A stretch of 64,000 bases of DNA. Origin: an uncultured bacterium (lineage in GTDB: Bacteria; Oederibacteriota; PGYV01; CAWJRG01). The stretch lies in the NCBI GenBank assembly GCA_963845185.1, contig CAWJRG010000010.1, positions 288,001-352,000 of the forward strand. Direction: 5' to 3'. Both the position numbers and the translations under genes were made by a program. The notes beneath the pieces were generated by a model. It had not been told where the DNA came from. It saw nothing but the letters and a program-made list of their open reading frames with translations, and searched no databases. Positions 40,305-49,276 of this stretch are shown here, one piece after another. Numbering within the stretch: position 1 is the stretch's first letter; the number at the start of each line of letters is the position of its first letter.

Positions 40305-40988
40305 TTATTTAATTGCGTAAAATCCTGCCTGCATATATGAATACCAGAAAAGTTCCACAGAACTAAACCCGCAGTAGCGCAGCATCGAAAGGTGTTCCTC
40401 AACAGTTATTGGAAAATATTCTTTGCCGAACCTTTCCATGTGCTTGTCAGCTTCTTTTTCAGTCCTGCCGGCAGATATCATAAAACTCTTCCAGTATTTC
40501 TTTCCTATTTTAATCCCTTCTTCTGTCATAGGCCGTATATTCTCAAAAGTTATATACATTCCGCCCGGTTTTAAAAGGTTAAAACAAACAGCAGTTGCTT
40601 TAATCCTCTGTTTCGCCTGCAGATAATGATGTGCCTGTATTGCCGTAATTATATCAGGGCTTCCAGACATTTTCAGGTCCTGCGTTCCAGTTGGGGGAAT
40701 GAACCTGAACCAGCCTTTTTTCTTTTCAAGTTTTTTCTTTGCCATTTTCAGCATCTGTTCCGAAGGGTCGGACAGCACAAATGTAGCACCTGGAAATACA
40801 GCCAGGGCCTTTTCCACGAAACTGCCTGTGCCACACCCTGCGTCCAGCCATAAGGCAGGTTCTATTCCAGCCGCTTTAACGAATTTTAATGTTTCATTAT
40901 GCATGTTGTCGTAATATGGAATTGTTTTTTTGACCTGAACGTCAAATTCCGAAGACTTGTGCGCGCTTGTATTGTCATTTTTTGGCAT
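40305..40988 (-). CDS. Class I SAM-dependent methyltransferase
   Basis: WLDAGCGTG, DPSEQML, LKPGG; CmoA-like layout. Confidence 0.9.
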   Translation of the reverse strand: MPKNDNTSAHKSSEFDVQVKKTIPYYDNMHNETLKFVKAAGIEPALWLDAGCGTGSFVEKALAVFPGATFVLSDPSEQMLKMAKKKLEKKKGWFRFIPPTGTQDLKMSGSPDIITAIQAHHYLQAKQRIKATAVCFNLLKPGGMYITFENIRPMTEEGIKIGKKYWKSFMISAGRTEKEADKHMERFGKEYFPITVEEHLSMLRYCGFSSVELFWYSYMQAGFYAIK

Positions 40989-41024
40989 TTATTCTTCCTT
41001 CCTGACTATTGGATTTGAGATATT

Positions 41025-41126
41025 ATGATATCGTTTGTTTTGTCAAGCTTCTTAGCGCAGATAAAACATTACGATATCTTGCACCCGTTCCAGTCCAAGG
41101 CTGCCAAGCCGAGGACAAGCGGTGTA
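41025..41126 (+). repeat. Modular hairpin repeat, copy D
   Basis: GATATCG-TTT..ATTA-CGATATC hairpin plus CACCCGTT..GTCC..GGACAAGCGGTG hairpin. Confidence 0.85.
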
Positions 41127-41160
41127 AAAATTATATCATTAATCAATGCTTTGTAAAATG

Positions 41161-41193
41161 AAAAAGGCACGCAGCTCTTGCTGCGTGCCTTTT
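41161..41193 (-). terminator. Bidirectional rho-independent terminator
   Basis: AAAAGGCACGCAGC-loop-GCTGCGTGCCTTTT. Confidence 0.85.
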
Positions 41194-41207
41194 CAAAATA
41201 AGCGGTA

Positions 41208-41426
41208 TTACTTTACCGCTGGTGTAGTTGCCGCAACCGGCGTAGCCACTGCCGCGGCTTTTTTAACTTTCTTAACTTTCTTGATTCTCTTCTGGCCCGA
41301 TTTTGCTGACATTGTCGTCTTTACCGGGGCTGCCTGGCCTGTTGCTGCCGGGGCAGTTGTTTCTCCAGCTGCGAAAACCGATACTGTGAATAACAAAGCT
41401 ATTGCAGATACTATTAACTTTTTCAT
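41208..41426 (-). CDS. Small secreted Ala/Thr/Lys-rich protein, copy 2
   Basis: AGGAGG RBS, signal peptide; near-identical to 41466-41684. Confidence 0.85.
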   Translation of the reverse strand: MKKLIVSAIALLFTVSVFAAGETTAPAATGQAAPVKTTMSAKSGQKRIKKVKKVKKAAAVATPVAATTPAVK

Positions 41427-41465
41427 GATATTGCCTCCTGATTTTTTTAGTTTTTAAATTTTGCC

Positions 41466-41684
41466 TTACTTTACCGCTGGCGTCGCTGCCGCAACCGGCG
41501 TGGCTACTGCCGCGGCTTTTTTAACTTTCTTAACTTTCTTAATTCTTTTCTGGCCCGATTTTGCTGTTGCTGTTGTCTTTACCGGAGCTGCCTGGCCTGT
41601 AGTTGCCGGGGCAGTTGTTTCTCCAGCTGCGAAAACCGATACTGTGAATAACAAAGCTATTGCAGATACTATTAACTTTTTCAT
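41466..41684 (-). CDS. Small secreted Ala/Thr/Lys-rich protein, copy 1
   Basis: AGGAGG RBS, ATG at 41684, signal peptide. Confidence 0.85.
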   Translation of the reverse strand: MKKLIVSAIALLFTVSVFAAGETTAPATTGQAAPVKTTATAKSGQKRIKKVKKVKKAAAVATPVAAATPAVK

Positions 41685-41758
41685 GACATGCCTCCTGATT
41701 TTTTTAGTTTTAGAATTATAAATCATCAGATTAAATAATAGGTCGGGCCTAAAAAGAG

Positions 41759-42139
41759 TCAGTTTCTTGATTTTCTTATTGTGATATTTATCTTTTCTTT
41801 AAACATCCTGCTATTTTTATCTATTATGCCGCTTGCCTGATTTTCAGGCTCATTCTGCCTTGCGCAGTATATGTTAACTGTTTTATTATTTACTTTCTTG
41901 GTGATTTCTTCGCCGTTTAGCAATAACTTTCCCTTTATTTTTGCATTTTCATTTTTCCCGTGGCTTTTCTTCTTTATGGCTGTCTTGTATTGAAGATTTT
42001 TAACCAGTACCTGCCCGTAAATCTTAACTGGTTTGGATATTAAAAAGCTGTTTGCCGAGAGCATAAAAATCCCGCTCCCTGCGTATAACTCTGCAGCCAT
42101 GAATAATATTACGCTTGTAACCGCTAAAATAGTTTTCAT
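41759..42139 (-). CDS. Hypothetical basic secreted protein
   Basis: AAGGAG RBS, signal-peptide-like N-terminus. Confidence 0.6.
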   Translation of the reverse strand: MKTILAVTSVILFMAAELYAGSGIFMLSANSFLISKPVKIYGQVLVKNLQYKTAIKKKSHGKNENAKIKGKLLLNGEEITKKVNNKTVNIYCARQNEPENQASGIIDKNSRMFKEKINITIRKSRN

Positions 42140-42154
42140 AATATACTCCTTAAC

Positions 42155-42250
42155 AAGAGTTTATTTTTGCAAGCCGTCAACAGGCGCAGCAAAAATATTA
42201 CTCTTTTTTATACCCTATCAAGTCCCGAGCTTGCGAGGGACAAGCGGTAT
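42155..42250 (+). repeat. Modular hairpin repeat, copy E
   Basis: First hairpin nearly identical to 18227-18275; second hairpin like copy C. Confidence 0.85.
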
Positions 42251-42357
42251 CAGCAATCATTTACTTTATCAAGCCTTTCAACTTCAAGAACAATCCTGCT
42301 TTAAAGCCTCATTTATACATCTTAGACGTTTTATATCATCAATGGGTTTACATGCAT

Positions 42358-43608
42358 CTAATTCGCCATCACAACTTTATCCCTGCCTGTTTTTTTTGCT
42401 TTATAAAGCGCTTCATCGGCTTTTCTAAGCATGGCGCTTATGTCCTTTGCGCCTTCCCGCGACGAAACCGCGCCAATGCTTATGCGCACCGGTATGCTTT
42501 TGCTTTTATATTTTACTGCGTGCTTTTTAACCGCAGCGTTTATTTTCTTTGCCTTTGCTTCAGCCTCGCTTCCAATCTTATTCCTCAAAAACACTATTAT
42601 CTCTTCCCCGCCGTACCTGCATACCACACCGTCCGGCAACGATGTGTCCCTTATTACCTGCCCAACTTTAAAGAGCACCCTGTCGCCTGCCATGTGGCCG
42701 TATGTATCATTAACCTTCTTGAAATGGTCTATGTCGCAAAGGAGTATTGAAAAATTTTTCCCGAGGTTGACGTCAACCACCCCATCAATTATTCCGTTCA
42801 TGTATTGCCTGTTATAAATTTTCAAAAGCGGGTCATACTGCGCTTTATGAAGCAGCGACCCCATCCAGTGGTAAAAAATTCCTACGATTAGTATAACCGC
42901 CATGAGCAGCAAAAGCAGCCTTATCTTGTAATAGGCGTCGATATAAACATTCGCATTTAAAAGAACAATAGCAAGACTTACCACAATACTCCCGTAATTA
43001 TGCTCCTCCTCTATGTTAACAACCGATAAAATTGCTGTTATCGCAAAAGTAACTATATTGATTGGCATGTAAAATTTGTCAAACGCGCGTATAAAAGCAT
43101 GTGAATGTTTCGCGCCGCTGAAAAAATAAATAAGGGAAATAAAAAGCGCCAGGTTAAATACAAGCGCAAACGGCGATATGTTTTTGCCCGTGGAATAATT
43201 TATATATGATGGCACGAGTATAACCGCGAGCAAATTTAGATTAAAGAGCCAGAACAGGAATTTAAGGCCGAAATATTCATGCAACAATTTTATTTTTTCA
43301 TAAACATTTATATCAAAAATTTTTATGTCGTTGCTGGCAATTAAAAAATTAAGGAAAAACGCCGTGAGTATATAACCGGAAATAAGTATTTTGAACTTAT
43401 ATATCCTCGGATACGACACTATGGCAACAATCAGGGTGAAAAAAGAAAGTACCAAAAGCACCGCGTTATAGTTTAATTTGTCAATGATTAAATTTATATA
43501 ATAACCGTATTTGGAATCAATCATATAAAATAAAAACAGTACGATTAATGTGAAAATTACAAATTGTATTTTATACCTGTCAAACATGTTTTTAATTGTT
43601 GTATTCAT
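42358..43608 (-). CDS. Membrane-bound GGDEF-domain protein (diguanylate cyclase)
   Basis: Multiple TM helices; DIDHFKKVNDTYGH, RYGGEEI, ADEALYKAK. Confidence 0.9.
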   Translation of the reverse strand: MNTTIKNMFDRYKIQFVIFTLIVLFLFYMIDSKYGYYINLIIDKLNYNAVLLVLSFFTLIVAIVSYPRIYKFKILISGYILTAFFLNFLIASNDIKIFDINVYEKIKLLHEYFGLKFLFWLFNLNLLAVILVPSYINYSTGKNISPFALVFNLALFISLIYFFSGAKHSHAFIRAFDKFYMPINIVTFAITAILSVVNIEEEHNYGSIVVSLAIVLLNANVYIDAYYKIRLLLLLMAVILIVGIFYHWMGSLLHKAQYDPLLKIYNRQYMNGIIDGVVDVNLGKNFSILLCDIDHFKKVNDTYGHMAGDRVLFKVGQVIRDTSLPDGVVCRYGGEEIIVFLRNKIGSEAEAKAKKINAAVKKHAVKYKSKSIPVRISIGAVSSREGAKDISAMLRKADEALYKAKKTGRDKVVMAN

Positions 43609-43684
43609 TGCACTCTCCGGCTGTAGCTTGCGTTTATGTGAAGCCCCCGCCTTCACAGGCGGGTTACCTTAAAAAATTCTCTGC

Positions 43685-43752
43685 TATGCTCCCTCCCCAA
43701 AGCGCTATCAATCCCCGCTCTACCGGCGGGGATTTTCGCGAAGCAGGATTAA
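43685..43752 (+). repeat. Modular hairpin repeat, copy F
   Basis: TATGCTCCCTCCCCAAAGCGCTATCA..TTTTCGCG..GGATTAA as in copy A. Confidence 0.85.
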
Positions 43753-43757
43753 CATTG

Positions 43758-43786
43758 ATTATATATTACCCCTTTTGAGCATGCAA
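43758..43786 (-). promoter_or_regulatory. Sigma70-type promoter for the GGDEF gene
   Basis: TTGCAT-17 nt-TATAAT. Confidence 0.6.
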
Positions 43787-43816
43787 TAGAAATTATAGCA
43801 TATGCTCTTTTCTGCG

Positions 43817-43845
43817 TTGACAAATTATATTTTTCATCTTATAAT
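43817..43845 (+). promoter_or_regulatory. Consensus sigma70 promoter
   Basis: TTGACA-17 nt-TATAAT, perfect match. Confidence 0.85.
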
Positions 43846-43857
43846 TTGTCCACAAAA

Positions 43858-43953
43858 GTGGAGCTACTAAAAAATTTTTAATATGCTCCCTCCCCAAAGC
43901 GTTATCAAATCTAGCTTCTATAGTAGGCTGGGTTTTTCGCGGAGCGGAATTAA
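43858..43953 (+). repeat. Modular hairpin repeat, copy G
   Basis: GTGGAGCTACTA..ATATGCTCCC..TTTTCGCG..GGAATTAA. Confidence 0.85.
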
Positions 43954-43970
43954 AAGGAGGCCTCAAAATC

Positions 43971-44399
43971 ATGTTTGAAAACAAGGAAAAAAATAAGGAA
44001 TACCTTATTATAACCGGCTTGGTAGTGATTACATTAGTTATAGCTTTTCTGATGGCTGATTTTGAGGTCATGAGAAGGGCAAAGCGTGAATACCTGGAAG
44101 GCGAAAAGTTCCTTAATTTTTATAAGGACCCTGGCGCAAAAGCCACCTATTATAAGGATAAACTCGATAAAAAGGAAATCACCGATCTTGAATATGAGAT
44201 GCTTATGGACGACAACGCCCTTAAAAACGCTTACATACAATACAAAACCGTTGTTGATTTATTCACCCCGCCCGAGAGTTCATGGGTTAAAAAAGCAAGG
44301 GAGCGTTTAAAAGAAGTCGAGCCTGAATATAACGAGTGGGTAAGACAGCTTGAGGGTGAAGTTAACAGCGCCTCCAATACTATTCCGGCGAAAAAATAA
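43971..44399 (+). CDS. Hypothetical single-pass membrane protein
   Basis: AAGGAGG RBS, consensus promoter, N-terminal TM helix, helical body. Confidence 0.8.
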   Translation: MFENKEKNKEYLIITGLVVITLVIAFLMADFEVMRRAKREYLEGEKFLNFYKDPGAKATYYKDKLDKKEITDLEYEMLMDDNALKNAYIQYKTVVDLFTPPESSWVKKARERLKEVEPEYNEWVRQLEGEVNSASNTIPAKK

Positions 44400-44457
44400 T
44401 CATTTCCTTCAATATGCAATTACTTTGAATTTCAATACTAATTATTAAAAAGGGTTG

Positions 44458-46476
44458 CTATTGTATATTTCCCATGTCTTGGTTTATTTTAAATATCATT
44501 TGCTCAAGTGCCTGTCTGTCCGTGCTGCCATATTGTATTGCCTTTTCAAACATTTCCCTTGCTATCGGTAAATTTCCATCATTAAAATAAATCCCTCCAA
44601 GTTCCTGATAAGCCTGCCAAAAATTTTCTTTTAACAAAATTGCTTTCTCTAAATATTTTATCCGGTTGCCTTTGTCATTCAATTCTTTATAAGCTGCAGA
44701 TATGTTATAATAAAAGAAAGGTTCATTTTCTTTTATTTCATACTTAAAAGGAAACAGCATGGCTTTTTTATAAAGTTGCAGTGCTCCGGAAGGATTTTTC
44801 CCCATCAAAAGTTCATTGCCCTGCATCGATATACAATAAGGATAATTCATAACAAGTCCTGAGGTTAACCTGCTGTAGTCAATATATTTATCATATAATT
44901 CCCGGTTATAAGAATAAAGTTCAAATATTTTAGGCTGCATTGTTTTATCGCTTTTTAGGTATTTTCTTAGCAATCCAGTTTGTTTAAAATTGTATTCTAA
45001 TTTTAAACTGTCCATATTTGGCGTGGCAGAGCCTTTATATATTTCGAAATTATTCCCTGCAAAAAAACCAATAATATTATTTAAATTATAAGCCGGGTTA
45101 TTTTCTTTCAGGGAAATATTCCCGTATTTTCTAATAAAATTATCGATTCCCCATTTGGAAGGCAAAGGCACCACGGGTAAAAGTTTTATATCCTGCCTTT
45201 GTTTTTCAATTGTTTGAATGTAATAAAGAGGATTAATATAGTCGTCGCGCTCACAAAGATACAGGCTGTTCTTGTCCATGGTTTTTAAAATATTGTATCC
45301 GAAATCATACGCCTGATAATTATATCTGCTGTCGTTTTTTTCAAAATTTTTATATCCCATCCATAATATTATTGCAAATACAACAGATATAAAAGCGTAT
45401 TGAAAAACCTTTTGTTTGAAAAATTTGAAAATTAAATATATGCCTGCAATAATAAAAAACACTAATATATAATGGGATGGCATAAGAAAAACATCGATTA
45501 CCCACAATGAACCTTCATTGCTGCGGTTGTAAATAACAACTGCAAAGATAATTATTAAAACCGTGCTTAAATAAAAGTAAAAAAGCTTTTTGCTCCTTTT
45601 ATTAATGATATACCCGCCTGCAAGCATTAAAATCCAGAGCATGGAATAATTACTGAATAAAAACACAAAAAATTCTTTTATTTGAATTCCAAATATCTGT
45701 AAAGCCGGAAGTGATTCCGTATTGTCATACCCAGTCCTTAATATTGTCCACCAAAAATTTTCCCATGTGTTTGGCCTTGCGGCAAACATAAAAATGCCGT
45801 CTGTTCCGCCTCTTAAAGGCAGGTAAAGATACGGACTAATGCCTGCCAGCAGAAACAACAGTATTGTTGTAACATTTTTCCGGTTTATTTTTCTTCTGTA
45901 GATAAAAAACGGGTACCCGAAAACCGGTAAAAGTATTATCATGCTCGGCCAGTGGTTAGCAAGCGAAAGCCCGTAAATAAATGACATTAAATAAAGATAT
46001 TTAATATTAAATTTTTTAAATAGCCTTATACTTAAATACATCAATATTGCAAGAAACAAAAGATTTAATATGTATATCCCGCCTTTTGCTTCGATTGCCT
46101 GGTTCCAGAAAATATACGATAAAGCGAGTATAAAAATTCCCGAAAAATTTATTATTTTATTTTCATAAGCGAAAACATAATAAGTAATTTGCCTGATGAT
46201 AAAATAAGACAATAATAGCACTATCAAGGCAAGAAATATGGCAAATAAGTTAATCCTGAAAGCAGGCGAACCAACAGGCAATAATGAAAACACTTTCCCG
46301 GCCATTGTGAAAAGTGGATATCCAGGAGGATGGCTTATGCCCAGGGTATATGCCGAGGTTATCGTTTCAGGCGAGTCGTCGTTTTTAAACGCGGGAAACA
46401 TTGTGTAAAGGTAAACTTGAAATATGCAGATTAAAGAAACTATTAATATAATAGTTCCTTTGTATTTCTTAATCAT
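44458..46476 (-). CDS. DUF2723 (TMEM260-like) membrane glycosyltransferase with C-terminal TPRs
   Basis: DDSPE....TLGISHPPGYPL, FWNQA..AKGG.Y, LSLANHW, YLYLPLR. Confidence 0.85.
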   Translation of the reverse strand: MIKKYKGTIILIVSLICIFQVYLYTMFPAFKNDDSPETITSAYTLGISHPPGYPLFTMAGKVFSLLPVGSPAFRINLFAIFLALIVLLLSYFIIRQITYYVFAYENKIINFSGIFILALSYIFWNQAIEAKGGIYILNLLFLAILMYLSIRLFKKFNIKYLYLMSFIYGLSLANHWPSMIILLPVFGYPFFIYRRKINRKNVTTILLFLLAGISPYLYLPLRGGTDGIFMFAARPNTWENFWWTILRTGYDNTESLPALQIFGIQIKEFFVFLFSNYSMLWILMLAGGYIINKRSKKLFYFYLSTVLIIIFAVVIYNRSNEGSLWVIDVFLMPSHYILVFFIIAGIYLIFKFFKQKVFQYAFISVVFAIILWMGYKNFEKNDSRYNYQAYDFGYNILKTMDKNSLYLCERDDYINPLYYIQTIEKQRQDIKLLPVVPLPSKWGIDNFIRKYGNISLKENNPAYNLNNIIGFFAGNNFEIYKGSATPNMDSLKLEYNFKQTGLLRKYLKSDKTMQPKIFELYSYNRELYDKYIDYSRLTSGLVMNYPYCISMQGNELLMGKNPSGALQLYKKAMLFPFKYEIKENEPFFYYNISAAYKELNDKGNRIKYLEKAILLKENFWQAYQELGGIYFNDGNLPIAREMFEKAIQYGSTDRQALEQMIFKINQDMGNIQ

Positions 46477-46486
46477 TTTATGCCTA

Positions 46487-47323
46487 TTATATTCCGAGCA
46501 ATTCCAAAATCCTTTCGAAATCTTCCCTGTTATAATACTCTATTACTATTTTGCCTTTTTTATAACTGCCTTTTATTCTCGCCTTTGTGCCGAATTTCAG
46601 TTTAAGGCTGTCTTCTACCGCCTTTATTTCAGGCATGACCACTTTTACTTTTGGCGCTTTTTTTGCGCTTTCCTTTTTGATGAGGTTCTCAAGTTCCCTG
46701 ACTGAAAGTGATTTTTTGATGACCTGCTCCGCGTAAGCCTTTTGCCTGCCTGTTTCTTCAAGCCCCAGAAGCACTTTTGCGTGTCCGGTTGAGATTTCAC
46801 CTGTAACCAGGTACCGCTGTATTTCCGCGGGCAGCTTTAAAAGCCTCAGTATGTTTGTCACAGTCGCCCTGTTCTTCCCTATCTTGTCTGCCAGGTCTTC
46901 CTGGTTCAGGCTGTAACCCTCCATGAGCTGCTTGTATGCCTGGGCTTCTTCCACAGGGTTTAAATCCTCCCTTTGTATATTTTCAATTAAAGCTATTTCA
47001 AGCTGTTCTACGGGCGATACGTTTTTAACCACTGCTGGTATTGATTTTAAACCCGCGCGCTCAGCTGCCCTGAACCTTCTCTCGCCCGCTATAAGTTCAT
47101 ACTTGTCATCTCCGATTTCCTTTATTATTACAGGTTGAATCACGCCTTTTTCTTTTATTGACTTGATTAATTCGTCGAGTTTTTCCGGGCTGAAAGTCTT
47201 GCGCGGCTGCATTGTATTTGATTTGATGTTTTCTATATCCACGGTCATGATGCCTTTTTGCTTTTCCTTCGCCGCCCCCGATATGAGCGCGTCAAGGCCT
47301 TTTCCAAGTGCCTGTCTTGCCAT
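46487..47323 (-). CDS. parB: Chromosome partitioning protein ParB/Spo0J
   Basis: LGKGLDALI, QPRK.F, IAGERRFRA, ENIQREDLNPVEEA, HTH. Confidence 0.96.
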   Translation of the reverse strand: MARQALGKGLDALISGAAKEKQKGIMTVDIENIKSNTMQPRKTFSPEKLDELIKSIKEKGVIQPVIIKEIGDDKYELIAGERRFRAAERAGLKSIPAVVKNVSPVEQLEIALIENIQREDLNPVEEAQAYKQLMEGYSLNQEDLADKIGKNRATVTNILRLLKLPAEIQRYLVTGEISTGHAKVLLGLEETGRQKAYAEQVIKKSLSVRELENLIKKESAKKAPKVKVVMPEIKAVEDSLKLKFGTKARIKGSYKKGKIVIEYYNREDFERILELLGI

Positions 47324-47325
47324 GT

Positions 47326-48111
47326 TCACCGCCTCCCTTCTGTTTTTATGCCGTTCCCGGCAAGTATTTCATCTGCGAGCTGCTCGTAAGCCAGCGCTCC
47401 CCTGGAATGCTTGTCGTAAATATTCACGGGCTGCCCGAAGCTCGGCGCCTCGGATAGCCTCACGTTGCGCGGTATAATTGTATTATACACCTTGTCCTGG
47501 AATTTATTCTTTATTTCCTGGACCACCTGGCGTGTAAGATTTGTCCTTGCGTCAAACATTGTGATGAGCACGCCTTCTATTGTTATTTTCGGGTTCAGGC
47601 TTTCTTTTACAATGCTTATGGTATTAAGAAGCTGCGCCAGTCCGTCAAGCGCGTAAAACTCGCATTGCATCGGTATCAGCACTGAATCCGCTGCGGTAAG
47701 CGCGTTCAGGGTCAAAAGCCCGAGCGAAGGCGGTGAATCAATGAATATATAATCATAGCTGTCCCTTATTTCCTCGAGCGCCTTCCTGAGCAGGGTCTCC
47801 CTGCCCGGGACACTTACCATCAGGACTTCGGCGCCTGTCAAATCAATGTTTGACTGGACCACAGACAGGCCCTCAACAGCTGAGGCTTTGACCGTATTTT
47901 TTATCGGCACGCCTTCAAGCAGCACTTCATATATGTTTGCTTCCCCTGAATCCTTGTCAAAGCCCGCGCCCAGGGTTGAATTTCCCTGCGGGTCCATGTC
48001 TATTATGAGTACTTTTTGCCCTTTTTCAGCAAGGTACGCGGCCAGGTTTACTGTGGTGGTTGTTTTACCCACCCCGCCTTTCTGGTTTACTACAGCTATT
48101 GCTCTTCCCAT
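47326..48111 (-). CDS. parA: Chromosome partitioning ATPase ParA/Soj
   Basis: NQKGGVGKTTT, DMDPQGN, PRNVRLSEAPSFG. Confidence 0.96.
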   Translation of the reverse strand: MGRAIAVVNQKGGVGKTTTTVNLAAYLAEKGQKVLIIDMDPQGNSTLGAGFDKDSGEANIYEVLLEGVPIKNTVKASAVEGLSVVQSNIDLTGAEVLMVSVPGRETLLRKALEEIRDSYDYIFIDSPPSLGLLTLNALTAADSVLIPMQCEFYALDGLAQLLNTISIVKESLNPKITIEGVLITMFDARTNLTRQVVQEIKNKFQDKVYNTIIPRNVRLSEAPSFGQPVNIYDKHSRGALAYEQLADEILAGNGIKTEGRR

Positions 48112-48127
48112 TTTTTATCGCACCTGT

Positions 48128-49255
48128 TTATCTCACAGAATTGATTACTTTTAAAATCGTTATTCCTTTTTCTACTGTCAAATCCATTTTCCAGCGAGAA
48201 ATTATATCACCTTTGTCCTTTTTTTCAATTAGTTTAATCACGGGCCTCTCCATGTCCGTGTAATTATTTTTAAGCACAACTGCCCTTTCGTCTGTATTCA
48301 GCAGCACAATGTCCCCCGGCCAGTATTTTGGTATTACGCTTTTGAAAGCGTGGATAACTTCTCCGTCGAAAAGCACACCTGCGTTTGACACCAAATAATC
48401 CCATGCCGTATCCGAATCATAAGCGGGCCTGAACGGCCTGTGGCTGATGAGCGCGTCATAGACATCTGCAACAGCCACTATTTTTCCCATGACTGATATG
48501 TCGTCGCCCTTTAATTGCTTCGGGTAACCGCTGCCGTCAATTCTTTCGTGGTGCTGGTATCCTATGCTGGCCGATACTGCTGATATGCCGTATATTTTCC
48601 TCAATGCGTCAAAACTCAGGATAGTGTGCTGTTCCATCTCGTCGCGCTCGAGCGCGTCAAGCTCCTTGCTCTCGTGGACAAAATTATATAGCTGCATTTT
48701 AAGGTCATAAAGCAGCCCGCCGACACCAAGGTCAATGAGCTCCTTGTCGTCAAGCTTCATTTTATATCCGAGCAGCATGCTCAGGCAGCACGCGTTTACC
48801 ATGTGGAAATAAAAATAGGTTTCCACGTTCCTGTAGTCGATAAAATCATAATATAATTCCTTTTCAGCCTTCAGGCTTTTCAGCATTTCGTTCATGAAAT
48901 ATTTGAATATGTGGCCGTAAGCTATTTTGTTCCCCCGCTCGTTATTATATGAAAGGAACTTGTTGATTTCATCAACATTGTACCTTTTTAATATTTCAGC
49001 GTTTTCGCCCTCGCTCTCGCAAAAGCAGGCCAAGACCCTTAAAAGCTCTGCCCGCAATCCCATGTCAAAAACATAATTTATGGTCGTTTCCTCGTCCTTT
49101 ACGTAAAGAAACGGGATGCGGTAAAGCCTCAGCTTCTCCATGTGAAAATCCCTGACAACCGTGTCCTTTTTAAGCAGGTCTTTCCCGTTCACGCTGTAAA
49201 TATTTATTGCCACCGTGTCCCCGTCTTTTATTTTGTCTATCGCTTCCCTGCGCAT
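48128..49255 (-). CDS. HD-GYP domain protein with altered HD motif
   Basis: HHERIDGSGYP and VADVYDAL present; LLYDLK in place of LLHDIGK. Confidence 0.88.
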   Translation of the reverse strand: MRREAIDKIKDGDTVAINIYSVNGKDLLKKDTVVRDFHMEKLRLYRIPFLYVKDEETTINYVFDMGLRAELLRVLACFCESEGENAEILKRYNVDEINKFLSYNNERGNKIAYGHIFKYFMNEMLKSLKAEKELYYDFIDYRNVETYFYFHMVNACCLSMLLGYKMKLDDKELIDLGVGGLLYDLKMQLYNFVHESKELDALERDEMEQHTILSFDALRKIYGISAVSASIGYQHHERIDGSGYPKQLKGDDISVMGKIVAVADVYDALISHRPFRPAYDSDTAWDYLVSNAGVLFDGEVIHAFKSVIPKYWPGDIVLLNTDERAVVLKNNYTDMERPVIKLIEKKDKGDIISRWKMDLTVEKGITILKVINSVR

Positions 49256-49276
49256 ATGTCTCCTTTTTCTATTTAA

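Noticed and set aside
40181..40402. ORFs 40181-40402, 43793-44071 and 42033-42428
   Set aside because: They run through repeat elements or overlap real genes and show no protein-like signal.
40196..42250. Canonical integron attC array
   Set aside because: No RYYYAAC/GTTRRRY core sites and no integrase.
42140..42260. c-di-GMP riboswitch near the GGDEF gene
   Set aside because: No class I or II consensus; the sequence is repeat copy E.
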